NCBI GenBank assembly: GCA_001724265.1
Contig: MEDY01000002.1
Coordinates: 186,001-249,647 of the forward strand
DNA length: 63,647 nt
Direction of reading: 5' to 3'
Origin: Rhizaria sp. SCN 62-66
Lineage: Eukaryota
A program made the translations under genes and the position numbers. Under the pieces are notes generated by a model. That model was not told the origin of the DNA and made no database searches. It was given only the letters and a program-made list of their open reading frames with translations. This document shows positions 12,801-25,000 of the stretch, piece by piece; the first letter of the stretch is position 1, and each line of letters starts with the position of its first letter.

Positions 12801-14657
12801 GGTGGGCATGGAGGCGTGTTTGGCGACAGCGGCGATTTCGATGAGGACGATGACTGCGATCTCGTCACTTTGCTTGACCGAGTGCTCCAGTTAGAGCTCG
12901 ACGCTGAAGCAGAGGCGGAAGCAGAGGCGCATGCCGAGTCAGAGTCTCGGAGTTCGACTCAGACTGCAACAAATGATATTAAGCGTGATCAGAGTGAGCC
13001 CACAGTGACGGTTGCGAGACACCGTACGGTTGCTGCTGTGCCGTATGTTGCGAGTGTTGTGTCTGCCGCAAGCATCAACACAAATAGAAACAGCAACAGT
13101 CATGGAATCAGCAACGAGCAGACGACATCCCTCAAGGCCGCACAGCAACAACAACATCAACAACAACACCAGCAACAGCAAGCATCACCGTCGCAGCTCC
13201 AGCGCAGCGCAAGTAAACGCGTTGTTCCCGCAGTCTCTCTGCCGCCGTCATCGTCCGCGCCCGGTCAAATCCCTTCGCCCGCGACGCCCACACCGCAGGC
13301 TGCTGCGCTGTACGGCAACAGCGCGAGCGGAGGCGCACTCGGCGCGAACGCTTTCGCAGTGCCGCTGCAGGTCGGCGACTTGACTTTGATGCCGTCAGCG
13401 CCGGTGCTGCCCGCGCCGGGCCGCAACCGCACGCCAACGCTTGGGGGCCGCACGCTCACACCGACGAATAGCCACGCTGCTTATGGTGCCGGCGTTGCGA
13501 CGCCGCCGCTGGCAGCTGCGATTACGCCAACGCTGACGCCCGCACCCGGTCTGGCAGCGACCGCAAGCGTTGGAGCGGTGCGCGCCACGACGCCGAAAGT
13601 TCAGGGGCTTGAAAACGGGCAAGGAGTGCTTACGCCGTCACAGGGGGCGCATGCGCAGACTGGAAGAAGCATTGCGCAACCGCGACATCCGCAGTCGCAG
13701 CTGCAATCACAGCATCATCTGCAAGAACAGGGTCAGATTTACGCCCAGAAACAGACAACTGGTTTGTTTTCCACCGCCCCCGGGGCTGTTGCTTATGTAG
13801 TTACTCCTGACAGCGGAGGTGCAGGTAGCATGCAACGGTCGCAGAGCCGGCAGAACTTGTCCGCATATTTGACCGAATCTCAGGGCCAAGGGTACTTACA
13901 ACATACGCCGCGGCTGCAGCGTAACAACAGTGCGACCGCAACGACTACCACTGGATCGAGTCCCGCTGCTTTCACTGATGTTTTTGGAACCAACGCGACT
14001 GTTATGACTTTCGGCAACGCGAATGCTGTCGTGGATGCTGGTAGCGTCGCTCTTGTTGGTGCCCACGGCCTCGGTAGTCGCCGCTCGAGCAACACCAACA
14101 GCAACAGTCACAGCGCGGTCACGACGAACAGCGCTGGTGCATCGACAACGACTACTGCGTCCAATAGCGCGCACTACTACGACAGTTCTGGCCACGGCCA
14201 CGGTTACGGGCACAGTGTGCACAGCGCACTCACTGTCAGTCATGCTGCAAGTGACGCAACCGCGACACCCCAAAGTCTCACACCCAGTGTTGCTGGTGCT
14301 GGTATGAACACTGGTGCTGGCACTGACACTGGCACTGGCTGGGCATCGCCCGTTCCGACTCTGTCCAGCGGAGGGCGGCTTAAGCGTCTCGCTGCCGCGG
14401 CCGCCGCTGCACCGGCAACCACGACTCCCGGTGTCGGAGTCAGTGCCGCTGCTCTTGGCGCTGGTCTTGGTGGCAGCGGCGCGTCAACGCCTGTGCCCAC
14501 GGTCACTCGCACTAGCACGAGTATTGGTGCTGCCTCGGTGAGCAATAGTCCGGTTATTATTAGCAACAACGGCACAAGCAAAGGTAAGGGTGCGAATGGG
14601 ATTGTAAAGACGGGATCAGTGTCGGTAGTGTTGGGGTCGCCGTCCCCGCGTTTGTGA
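6879..14657 (+). CDS. Large low-complexity Ala/Ser/Thr/Gln-rich protein (about 2592 aa) with two in-frame TAG codons; possible perilipin-like amphipathic segments
   Basis: ORFs 6858-7673 and 7887-14657 are in the same frame and are separated only by TAG 7671-7673 and TAG 7830-7832. The intervening sequence is coding-like and Gln-rich (QQTLLTQQHAHG...STQTL*QQQQQHQQQHQQQ). First ATG 6879, ends in TGA. Confidence 0.8.
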
Positions 14658-14778
14658 ACGTTTTTTTATCGGCACACATATCAAATGTATATCTAGCCTT
14701 AATTGAATAAAACATCAACTTTTTATTATTAAAAGGTTTCAAGGCATAACCCCGTTTGGGTCTTCGTCAGAAGACTGT

Positions 14779-17700
14779 TTACAACCCGAAGGCACTGTCA
14801 ACGACACTGACATTATCGCTGTCGCTGTCGCTATCGCTCTCACTGTCGCTGTCGCTGTCGCTCTCACTGTTGCTGTCGCTCTCACTGTTGCTGTCGCTGT
14901 CACTATCGCTGTTACTGTCGCTGCGGATAAACTCTTTAAAAGACATATATGACCGCCGTGAGTTATCGCTGCTTCCGAGATGTTTTTGACACTTTTCTAA
15001 ACGACAATGCTATTCGAAGCATCGCAGTACATCGGCGTCAAAGGGCGTGTCCCCACTGTCATGTGATGCTGCTGTAGTGTCTTTTACACACGACATTACG
15101 CGACCGACGGGCACAGCGCCACGCAGCATTCTTGCTACACACGGCTTGAAAACAATGAATACAGGCGTATCATCTGTGCAAGGTGAAGGTAAAATACAGC
15201 GCGGATACATTAACACTGTTCCGACAGGATACGTTAAAATGGCTTCATCGGAGGGTGATTCGTACTCACCGTAAACAACGTCGTCATTGGGCAGTATAAG
15301 TGGCAACGTAGCACAGGAAATCGATGAACTGAAACAGTAAAGCGTGACAAACGGCAGCAATGCCGCAGTCAAACCAGGTGGTACAAAGCAGTTGTGCACG
15401 GTCTGGGCTAGGGCACCACTTTTTGAAGCGGCGCGGAAGTGTGCTGCGTTTGCGGGAAACTTTGAATCATTGAGCCGAATCCTCAAAAGGTACGCGTCAC
15501 AACGTTGCTTTGTTGCACTGGCAATATGCAACTAAAAAACGACATCCGATTGCTTTCCTGTACCCGTCACTGTTTTAACAGTATATTTGAGGACGCTTTT
15601 ACGCGCATTCCTTTGAAGTTTTTGCCTTATCATCAGCGATAACGGCGGGCCACAAGTCAGCACAGGTGCAAATCGTTGCTCAAGTTGACGCGTCAACTGA
15701 TTGCACGTAAGCAGACGTGGGTAGCCAGCGTTTTCAAGAAGGGATGCAATGTAATTGTTGAACTCAGATTCCCAGGCAAAGGACCGCAAGAGGACAAACC
15801 ACGAAGCGTCTTGGCGTAGAACCTTAAACTCCTTCGGCTCTTTCTTTGCCCTTACCTCTGCTTTTTCATCCGAAATCACCTGCTGATATGGGGCATACCC
15901 CGCCTCCAGAGTCTCGCGTGCCAACGCATCAACGCACAGCTGCAGTGCGCGCGCTTGTTGTACCACGTCCGGGAACGACACGGAGCATCGCACACGAACT
16001 ACCGCCATAGAGTCGCTAATGAAAATGTTGCCGCTTTTGTTTGTGTTCGTCGTCCTAGTTTTTAACTGCTATTCGTTCAGCAGCGCTGGAAAGCTCAAGG
16101 TGGCTGACGCCGCACAAACGCCATCGTTATCTGCGGGGTTTGGGTAAGCCTGAGCATTAGCCTCCTCCTTGCTGCCACCATCTACTTTGGTAAGCCAAAC
16201 AACACACTGGCCACAGCTCGCATTGTCAGTGCTAATGTTAGAGCTTTCAATAAGGCGCACAGAAAAAACGGCATTTACGCAACCAAACGTACTTGCAACT
16301 GTCGTAAACTGGGTCAAATATGAGGCGCTGTCAGGAAGAACAACACTGGTTGCTGCATCATCGCGGTTACTCAACTTCCTAACAGCGTCGCGGTCACTCC
16401 CCTTCTGAGTCGGTTGCTCCGTAGTCCGCTGCAACCCGCAGTGAATCTTACCCTGGTCCAATGCTGATAACGTGCTAAGTGCAGCGGACTTTTGGGACTC
16501 CTTGAAAGACTGACTTGACTGTGCAACTGACTTCTTGTCTTCAGAGTCACAAAGGCTGCTAATTTTGCTGTTTTCATCAGAGAGTTCGTCATCTGTAAAA
16601 ACAAGATTGTCGACAGCACGCGCGCGCACACCACAGGCTTTGTAGAGTGACGCAAGTGCTTTTGAGACGGGCTCAGCTTCCACCTCGCATGTGAAGCCTT
16701 GGGTATTTACGCCCTCAACACCGACATCTGTCTTGCAGCCGCGGTGCGCACGAAAGCGGAAACGCACACCACAAAGCTCAGTCGAGCCTAGCTCAACTGC
16801 ATCAGAACCGGGTGTCAATGCAGAAAGCGGAATATCAGCCTCGCAAACGGCCTCGCGCGGGGTTATGGTCGCGGCAGCGTCTGCAAGTGCAGCCTCAAAG
16901 GTAGCACGTGCCGCTGCGCACTTGATGCTTCCGACTTCAAGAGGGGGGTCAACACGCTTGGACCATCCGGAGCTCGCGGTGAGAAGTGCGGAGAGAGAAG
17001 TGATCCCTGGTGCGACGACTGACGCGGAAATGCTCGAGAGATTTTCACGTGCGATGCTGAGCTTCTTTTCCTCAGCCGCAATTGACTGTGCTGTGTAGAG
17101 CTTAAGCTGCGAGAGCACCACTGCAAGAGGAGCGGTGGCTTGTGCAGTAAATGCCTTGCTGTGGTTTAACAGCGTTGTGTGTTTACAGTCGACCTCATCT
17201 TTAAACTGCGTCATTGCAGCGTTTTGCTCCTGTCGTGTTTATTACATGAAATTTTCAGGGCAGTGTAAATTGGTATGGATATGAAGGTTTGTGAAATTCG
17301 TTTCATGCAAAAATAATTCATAACAAACAATAACCTAATAGTGAGCAAAACCACTTGACTTGTTACGGACCTGAACGCTACGCTCAAAGCTGGCAAGTTC
17401 GAGTGGGAGCTCTGACACCTTCGTTTTTAGCTCTTTGTGCACATCGCCAATCTCGCGAATAGAGTGAGCAGCGTGTTCGCCACTCATGAGCGCGCACCGC
17501 GCGCATGCAGTGGTTTTGCATGTGTCGCACCAGTTTGCGATCTCAACCGGCGGTGTATGCAAGTGGCAGAACTATTGGACGACATACAGTTAGAGTGACG
17601 CGAGAAAATGAACAAATCAATCGGACATGACAAAGCCATAAAGCTTCGAGAGGATCGCGAGATAATTATAAATTTTATGTCGCGTACGTTTGGGTTGTTG

Positions 17701-18064
17701 GCAAGCACGAAGCCTGCCGTAGCACTTGAGACAACGACGACAACAGGGCTCGTCGACGATGCAGCATCGTCCGTGACAGTGACGTAGGATGATTCCGAAT
17801 TATGGAGGGCTATTTGAGCCTACGATTGCAGGACAACAGAGTAGATACATCGATCACATCATATATCAGTCGTAAGAGTGATCGTTGTGAGATAGAGTTC
17901 ACATGTACGTAACATGTCTACGAGGTCAGGGATGGGAAAATATCATCTGAGAGCTAAGTTAAGCGTACCATCAAGCAAACGACACAGATGTCCATGGCGC
18001 GGCCACCCGCGGCAGGTGACTGTCTTTTGCCACAGATTTTGCAGCTAAGCCCTTTTGCCGACAT
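14779..18064 (-). CDS. B-box zinc finger / coiled-coil (TRIM-like) protein, about 959 aa; exons 18064-17969, 17819-17688, 17571-17371, 17229-14779; three in-frame TAG codons
   Basis: Exon 1 MSAKGLSCKICGKR...DICVVCLM has two CxxC pairs. Exon 3 FCHLHTPPVEIANWCDTCKTTACARCALMSGEHAAHSI is a B-box pattern followed by a coiled coil. ORFs 16069-17214, 15532-16008 and 15010-15531 are one frame separated only by TAG. The frame continues into a Ser-Asp repeat tail and ends at TAA 14779-14781. Confidence 0.8.
14815..14922 (-). repeat. Hexanucleotide-type repeat (AGCGAC/AGTGAG) encoding an acidic Ser-Asp/Glu tail
   Basis: Reads SDSNSDSDSDSNSESDSNSESDSDSDSESDSDSDSD in the B-box gene frame, with synonymous third-position variation. 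Confidence 0.85.
17230..17370 (-). other. Spliceosomal intron 3 of the B-box gene (141 nt, phase 0)
   Basis: CAG|GTCCGT...ACGACAG|GAG. AT-rich, contains in-frame TAA TAA, and joins FERSVQ-EQNAAMTQF. Confidence 0.75.
17572..17687 (-). other. Spliceosomal intron 2 of the B-box gene (116 nt, phase 0)
   Basis: AAC|GTACGC...CTCTAAC (branch point-like)...CAATAG|TTCTGC. Confidence 0.78.
17820..17968 (-). other. Spliceosomal intron 1 of the B-box gene (149 nt, phase 0)
   Basis: ATG|GTACGC...ATCGTAG|GCTCAA keeps the frame open between exons 1 and 2. Confidence 0.7.
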
Positions 18065-18551
18065 GAAGAGCTTTCTGGAATTGACGTGAACGAAGAAGAT
18101 GCTGGTGTTAGAGTATGTGAGATGATAATAAGGCGTCGATTACAAGACACAGTGCCGATTCCCCCAAATGTCGAGCAAACATCAAGTCACTATCAAACAT
18201 ATAATATGTCGAGTTGCACACGTCATCAAGACTGAGCTCTTTGGCAAATTAACGACTTGGTTTCCGAAGAATTCGTCGTCATTACATAACTCAGCTTTCC
18301 GGGGATTGGTCGTAATTGTTTGGACAAAATGAACTGCAAAATGAACTGCCGGTGGTCAACAAAGCATGACATACGAAGATGAGTAAAACGAACTGTATAA
18401 TTTAGAATTAAAACCGTCGAAGAGCGTGCGAATATATTTGAATCGGCTAAGACACTGGAAACACATATGCTGGCAAAACTAGCCATATCGCCCGATGCTA
18501 GTAGCGGGATTTCCATTGACATCGCCGACAAATCTAACCCGATGATATAGG

Positions 18552-18585
18552 CCTACAATTGCAATTGCCTACAATTGCAATTGTA
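18552..18585. repeat. Tandem 16-bp duplication (CCTACAATTGCAATTG x2) containing a 16-bp perfect palindrome
   Basis: Directly visible; TACAATTGCAATTGTA at 18570-18585 is self-complementary. Confidence 0.9.
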
Positions 18586-19016
18586 TAGCTAGTTCTCTCT
18601 GTAATTTTTACATAACCATCTGACCAAAAAGATTCTACACAACCTCACAGCTACCAACACAAAACGATGTGACGGGCTAACGTGTTTTTCGCTGGGTTTT
18701 GCATTCATATATTAATACGTATATAATATAGACACATTCGGACGGTTTCAAGAATCAAAAATAAGAAATTATAAAGAAATCTACAAGATACTTTTAAGGA
18801 ACTTCGAGTACAAAAAAGAAATCACTCATATTCGTTTTAGCTAAAGGCGAACGATGCACTTGAACAGAACAAGGATCGAATCATCAAATTACACGTATTA
18901 TTATAAGCTTACCGATTATCTAGCGATTTTTTGTACAAACAATCATCAACATGTTACGAAATGAGATACAAAGAACAGGAACCACCATCTCGGAATGTGA
19001 ACGATTCGCAAAGCGA

Positions 19017-22000
19017 TCACCAGACACCGTTCCAAGTCGGTTTGCCAAAGTTCGGCCGCGGCGGCGGCATCCTCTTAGGCACAATCAGCGTGTGCTCCGG
19101 CGGCAGCTCGACGCCAGGACCGATAAAGTCAACACTGCTCACAGGCGCCAGCGCCGACACGGGGCCAGTCGCCGCCGCCGCCGACTGCACCCCTGCCGCG
19201 CTGCCCATGGCCGTCACAGTACTAGTAGCTGCGGCTGATGCGCGAGAGCGGGGCACCGCGGTGGCCGGACGACGGAATGGAGACACCGCACCGCCGCACA
19301 CATGGGCTACGACAGTGCCGCTGTTATGAGAGATCACAGTCGGACCGCTGGGGGCAGCGGAGAGCGGGCGCGCGGCGCCGGGCGCAGGGACGACGCAGGG
19401 CCACTTGAAGGGCACACCGACTGGGGCGTCGTCAGCTCCCACAGTCATGATACCGGCGTTGCCGCCACTGTAGGCAGTGTTGGTCGACGAGGGGTGCGCC
19501 CAACGGTCGCCAATTGACGGCGGCCGCGGCCACTTTCGGCCTGATGCAATGGCACCGTTAGCAGCAGTGGTAGCATTGTTGTTGTTATTGTTGCTATTGT
19601 TACTATTGTAGAGGTTGCTGTTGCTGCCGCTACGAGACCAAGGGCGGCGCGGGACAGTCATACCACCACCGTTCGCAGCGCTAAATCTGGTGTTGCGAGG
19701 GGTAGATGAACTCGAGAGGGCGTTGTTTCCAGAGCCGTTGTTGTACGCGTTTGCGTTGTTGTTCACTATGCTCCCGTTGTTATCAAACCACGGCGACACC
19801 GGCTCTGACGCGTCGCTCTCATCACGGTCACCGTCATTGGCAAAGCCCACATTGATGCTATAACCACCAGCATTCCCAGCGTCCCTGACAACAGCAGCAG
19901 GAGCGGAACCGGCAGCAGTGGCGAGAGCGAGTGCTTGATCCATGCGGTCCCTCTCGCTCTCGTCTGCAACAGTCAACGACCCACGGCGGCCACGCACGCC
20001 ACCCTGCGCGCTCCACGCGTCCGCCTCGACCGCCGCAGCGCCCAGCGCGGCAGCAGACTTCTGCTCGCTCTCGCCATGCTCATCGCCGTTACCGTCGCCG
20101 CCGTTGCCGTAGGTGTCAAAACTAGCGTGCGCGGGGATGAACAGACCAGAAAGCGCCTCGGCAGCGGAGCCGCGGCGGCCGGCGATGGACGCCGGGTGGC
20201 ACGGCGCGCCTTGGACAAGACCGGTGGCCAGCGGGCGTGCGGCGGCTGCAGCGGCGACGGCGACGGAGGACGCGGGCATCACGGCGGAAGCCGAGGCCGT
20301 TGCACTGGCTGATGCTGATGAACCAGTCGGCGCGGGCGACGGGGCGAAGCTGGGAGTCTCGACGTTGACGAAGCCAAGGCGCGAGGGCGAGAACGGGGTT
20401 CCTCCAGAAAGGTTGTTACTGTGACCTGTAGCACTCGACAAGTGTGCAAACGAAGAGTTAGAGGGCAGCGCGCGGCCGAAAGCGCGACTCGGGCAGCGGC
20501 TAGAGCTCAGCCCATTGTTGTTCGGGGAGAGCATGGTCGAGTCAAGATCAGTCGCGAACGAGTCAACTCCTTGTTGCGGCTGCTGGTTGGGCAGTGCAAA
20601 GTGCGCCTCAGGCGCGCGCGGTGGCAGCGTGCCGTTGGCACCGACGGTGAGCACCCGCACGGCACTGCCGCCGCTTCGGGCACCGACGCTCGGGCTAGAG
20701 GCGGTCAGCAGTCTACTGCTGTTGTTGTTGACTACAATCAATGACTGTGAGCCCGAGGCCGAGGCGGGGGCAGTCGAGAGATCCGAAGATGGCAGTGGCA
20801 TTGGTGAGTGCGAGCGCGACGACGGGGCACGGCTTAACTTGAGCTCGTAAGCCACTTCAGCGTCAGCGATGGGGTCGTCACTCTGGTTGTTGACATTGGT
20901 ACTGATGACGCTAGAGTTGAAACCACTTGGCGAGACCAGTGATGTGAGACTGCGAGGCGACTTTGTGTTCAGCGTCGGCCCGTAAGCAGTCGGCGCGAAC
21001 TGCGGACTAGAACCAGAGCTTGCAACTGCACTTGAGCTCCGTGATTGCGGATGTGACTGCGCGGGGAACAAAGCGTCCAGACCAGAGATCGCAAGAGTCG
21101 CCGAATCAGCGTCAGCGCCAAGCAAGAGCGCCTCTCTCTGATGTCCGTTCTGCTGGTAGTCGTGATCGAAGCCCGCAAAGTCGTGACCGTTATCACGCTC
21201 GTGCTGCTCCATCTGTTGGAACGACGCGTTCACCACAGTCGTTGCAGCGGCCGGAAACAAACTGGCAGGGTTGCTCACAGTCACCCCGCGCGCCGACGCG
21301 CCCCGCAACAGTCTCTCCGCGGCCGCATGCGCAACAGCAGTCGCCGCGTCAACACCAGCCGGCGCTAGCACACGTTGCAACACCGCCAGCACTGACGGCG
21401 GCGGCAGACACACGCCGCCGCTGCCAACCGCGGCCGCCGCTGCACTGGACTCGGCCGGACCGGCGCCCGCGACGGCGCTTTGGCCCGCTGCGGACACCGT
21501 GGCAACCGCGGAGTAGCCAAGCGTCGCAGGCTCCGTCGGCAAGAATCCCTTGTTATTTGGCCGGCCATTAGTACCGCCGATTGTACCAGTATTGCCGAGC
21601 CCCGTTGTTGACGCAAACGGTGATGTTCCCATCACTCCTGCAGTTGCAGCTGGGGTGTTGCGCTGCGGCGGCTGCGGCGAGCGCAACGGCGGCGCTGGCA
21701 TGCCATGCGCGCGCGCACAGACCAGCGCCAGCGCGGCTTCCTTGGTCCGCGGAGTCGGTATCACATCCGCAGCCTCAACCTGCCGCTGCACAAGGCTCTC
21801 CAGCACGGCCTCCGCGTTGGCGTAGTCGTAGCTCGGCGCCAGCAGCGGTGGGTGGATGCCGTAAAGTGCCAGCGACGCGCCGCCAGCGCCCGCCGCGGCC
21901 GCGGTCGCCGCGGCCGCGGTGCCGCCCGCAGCGGTGAGGCTCGACGCGAGCGCACTGCGGCGCCAGTCGGCCACGGCGGCGGCGGCGGACTCAGGCAACG

Positions 22001-25000
22001 GGGCCGGGGCCGTGGCGGCACGGTGCTCGCGCGGGGTGAGATACGCGATCTCGACAAACACGGGAATGCGGATCGACTCGAATAGAACGTCGTTTGCACT
22101 GCTGGCTGCAACGGCAAGCGCGCGTGCAGTCACGGTCACACCACTCGCGGTCTTGTTGCCACCGGCAGAGTTGCGGTTGCTGCCGTGGTTGAGCAAAGTT
22201 AACGGCGTCGCGGCAGCTGCATCCGAGAAAATCAACGGTGACCAGCCTTCGTCGTCATCTCCGTGCACGCCCGCGCTAGGGTTTGCAGCAACAGCGGCAG
22301 CGTCAGGGGCGAGAACGGAGTCGGCCGGCAGCACGCGCAGCGCAGTTGCAGCGAGGCCGGGCACAAACAGCGCGCGCGCGACACTAGGCCCCGTGCCAGC
22401 GACCGCCGCCGCCGCGGCCGCAGCCGCCGAACGCGCCGGCGCCGTGGTCGTCGCAGTCGCCATGCCCACGTTCTCAGCCGCCGCAGATGCGGTCGTGCTG
22501 GCGTTGGACACTGCGGACAACGGGCGCGCGCGCGCACTGCTGCCGCGGGTCCCAGGCCGGGTAACTGCGCTGCCGGGTCGCGAAGCGCCGTGGCTTCCGC
22601 CGCTGCCGCCGCCGCCGTTACAGCTGGGTGTGTGCAGAGCGGATCCGCTGGGAGTCGACGGCGCAAACAGGGGACTCAGCGCGTGCGCCGCGGAGAGCGG
22701 GCGCGCGCCGGCGGCAAATGCGCGGCCACCGGTAGTCGCGGTGTTGTGCACGTTCGCAGTCGCGCCGAGGTCAATGCCGAACGTGCTGCTGCCCGAGTCA
22801 CAGAGGAGCGGGTTCGCTGGGTGCGCGAGCGCGCCGGCGACGTGCGGCGCGACGCCGTGTAGGGGGGTGCTTAGAGTCAGCGTGAGGTGGCCCAAGTACG
22901 CGCCGGGCGCCGGCAGTCCCGCGTCCGTGGCCAGTGTGATCTCGACCACGGTGGACACGCCCTGAGGCAGAGATACGGCGCGATACCGCACCCGCAGCGG
23001 AGGTAGTGCGTGCGCGCTCACAGTCAGACCCAGCAGCGCGGCGCCGGTGTTGGTGACTGTGGCAACCGCGCGGTGGCGGCGCGACTCGCCCGCGCAGAGA
23101 ACGTGCTGCGAACGGTGCTCGGCGTCGCTCCACAGCGCCGGCGCTGCGGCAGAGCCAGGGGTATCCGCCGCGGTTGCGATCGCCGCAGCAATAGTGTTAT
23201 CCTGGCTGTCGACGTGCGTGTGGTTGCGCTGGTACTTAGCCGGGTAAGGGTTGATCAGCCCGCGCTGCGCCTTTTTCCCGGCCGCGGACGACGGCGCGAA
23301 CGGCGGACCCCGTGCCGTGCGGCCCCGCAGCTCAGCGGTCAGCGCCACTGCGGGCGCGTGGGGCGGCAGTGTGACGCGCAGCTCGCACAGGCCCAGGTCG
23401 ACGAACGGGCCGGCGAACGGGGCCAGAGTCGGCGGCAACCGCTCGTGCGTGTAGCCTTCAAGTACGCGCATCGCCTCGCTATCCACGGAGGCACTAATCG
23501 CGCCGTGGCTCGCCGCAGTGCCGCCGGCGGCTGAGGCCGATACCGGGCGCGCGGCAGGCGCGAGTGCCAGTGCAGCCAGAGCGCGCGCAGCGGCGGAGCG
23601 GCGGCGGGCGCGGTCGCTGTGGCCGCCGCCGCCCACAGTCACCTTCAGACCGTTGCCAGGCGCGGTGGCAGCGTTTGAGCCAGCGGACGCGGCGTTGGTG
23701 CGCTTGCTGGATGTGGCCAGTGTGAACAGAGACGGATGATGTGGGTTCGCGACAGAATACTCCCATGAATCGTCATCATCGTCGATTTCAGCGCTGTTAC
23801 TCGGATTGGCAGCGGTGTTGACGGTTTTTTGCGGTGATTGTTGCTGTGCCTGCGCAAGTTGTGGCTGCGACAGACCGAGAGCGAGTGCAGTACTGTCTAA
23901 ACTGCCGGCACCCCGGTGTGTGCTATTGAACCGACTTGTCGTCGCGCTCGTATTGACCAACGGCGGATGTTGCTGTTGCTGGTGGTGCTGAAGTTGGCTC
24001 TTACTCAGACTGAAGCCAGTCGCAAGCGTCGCTGTGCTGGGGCGGCCTAACTTCCCTCCGCCACCTTGGCGGCTTAGCTGCTCCTCCACGTTCGCCACAG
24101 CGCCAGCAGTACGGTCAACAGTCGCCATCAACGCCTTCGCAGTCACCGGCCGCATCAACGGCACCGTCACGCCGCTGCTACCCCCATCAGCAGTGAGAAA
24201 ACCAGTGGTACTCTTGAGAGAGGCAGTTGCAGTTCCGTTCGCACCCCACCCCGCTCCAGTCGCCGTCATCGTCATGGCCGCGCCAGCGCCAGAAGCGCCC
24301 GTGCTAGACGCGTTGGTGACCGTGAGCAGCGGGGCCTGCGTCGCGCGCACCGCCACGGCGGCCGCGAGCGCTGGCGCCACAGCGCGTGCGGCGTGCGCAT
24401 GCGCCCTCCGCGCCGCCCGTGCCGCGACTCGCGGCAGCAGCGCCGTCAGCCGGGCTCGCAGCGCAGCCGGGTCGTCGGTCAACAGGAGCGGCAACAGACG
24501 GCGCACGCTGTCCACGGCGCGCGCGGGGCCAGCGCCGGATGAGATCGATGCGTCGCCGGTCAAAGTCACGGTTGCAGTGGCGGTGGCGTTGTGAGAGTGA
24601 GAGTTGTTGTGCAAGGGGAATGCTGTGGTGGCGGCGCGTGCAAGCAGGGCGAGAAACGCGGGGTACGTCAGACGCATGTTGGGGTCCGGCGTCGTGGCGA
24701 GGGGGCGCGGACCGATGAACGAGTCGTTTGTGGCTCCAGCCACGGCTGCGAAGCTGGTGGAGCTTGTCGTGGTGATCGCGACGTCGTTTCTAGACTGGAA
24801 AAAGAGTGTGATAACGTCAGCGCGACGCAGGTAGCGCGGAGAAAGCGCAAAATCGGTGCAGAAGTTGTCCCACTGCGTGAACGACATGCCCACACTCTCC
24901 GTCTCACTGTTGGCGTTCGGAGCGGAGTGAACGCTTGCTGAAGAGGTGGCGACTGCGGGAGTGGACTGTGTGCGGAGAGACAGCGCAGCCGACTGGTCTG

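Noticed and set aside
14756-14989. Plus-strand ORF with an LSLSLS repeat
   Set aside because: Antisense reading of the Ser-Asp repeat tail of the B-box gene.
17335-17337. In-frame TAG ending ORF 17335-17562 as an eighth recoded codon
   Set aside because: It most likely lies inside intron 17230-17370 (donor GTCCGT). It would be exonic only if the weaker GTTATT donor at 17334 were used.
17572-17574. In-frame TAG just before the B-box
   Set aside because: It is the 3' splice acceptor, preceded by a CTAAC branch point and an in-frame TAA.
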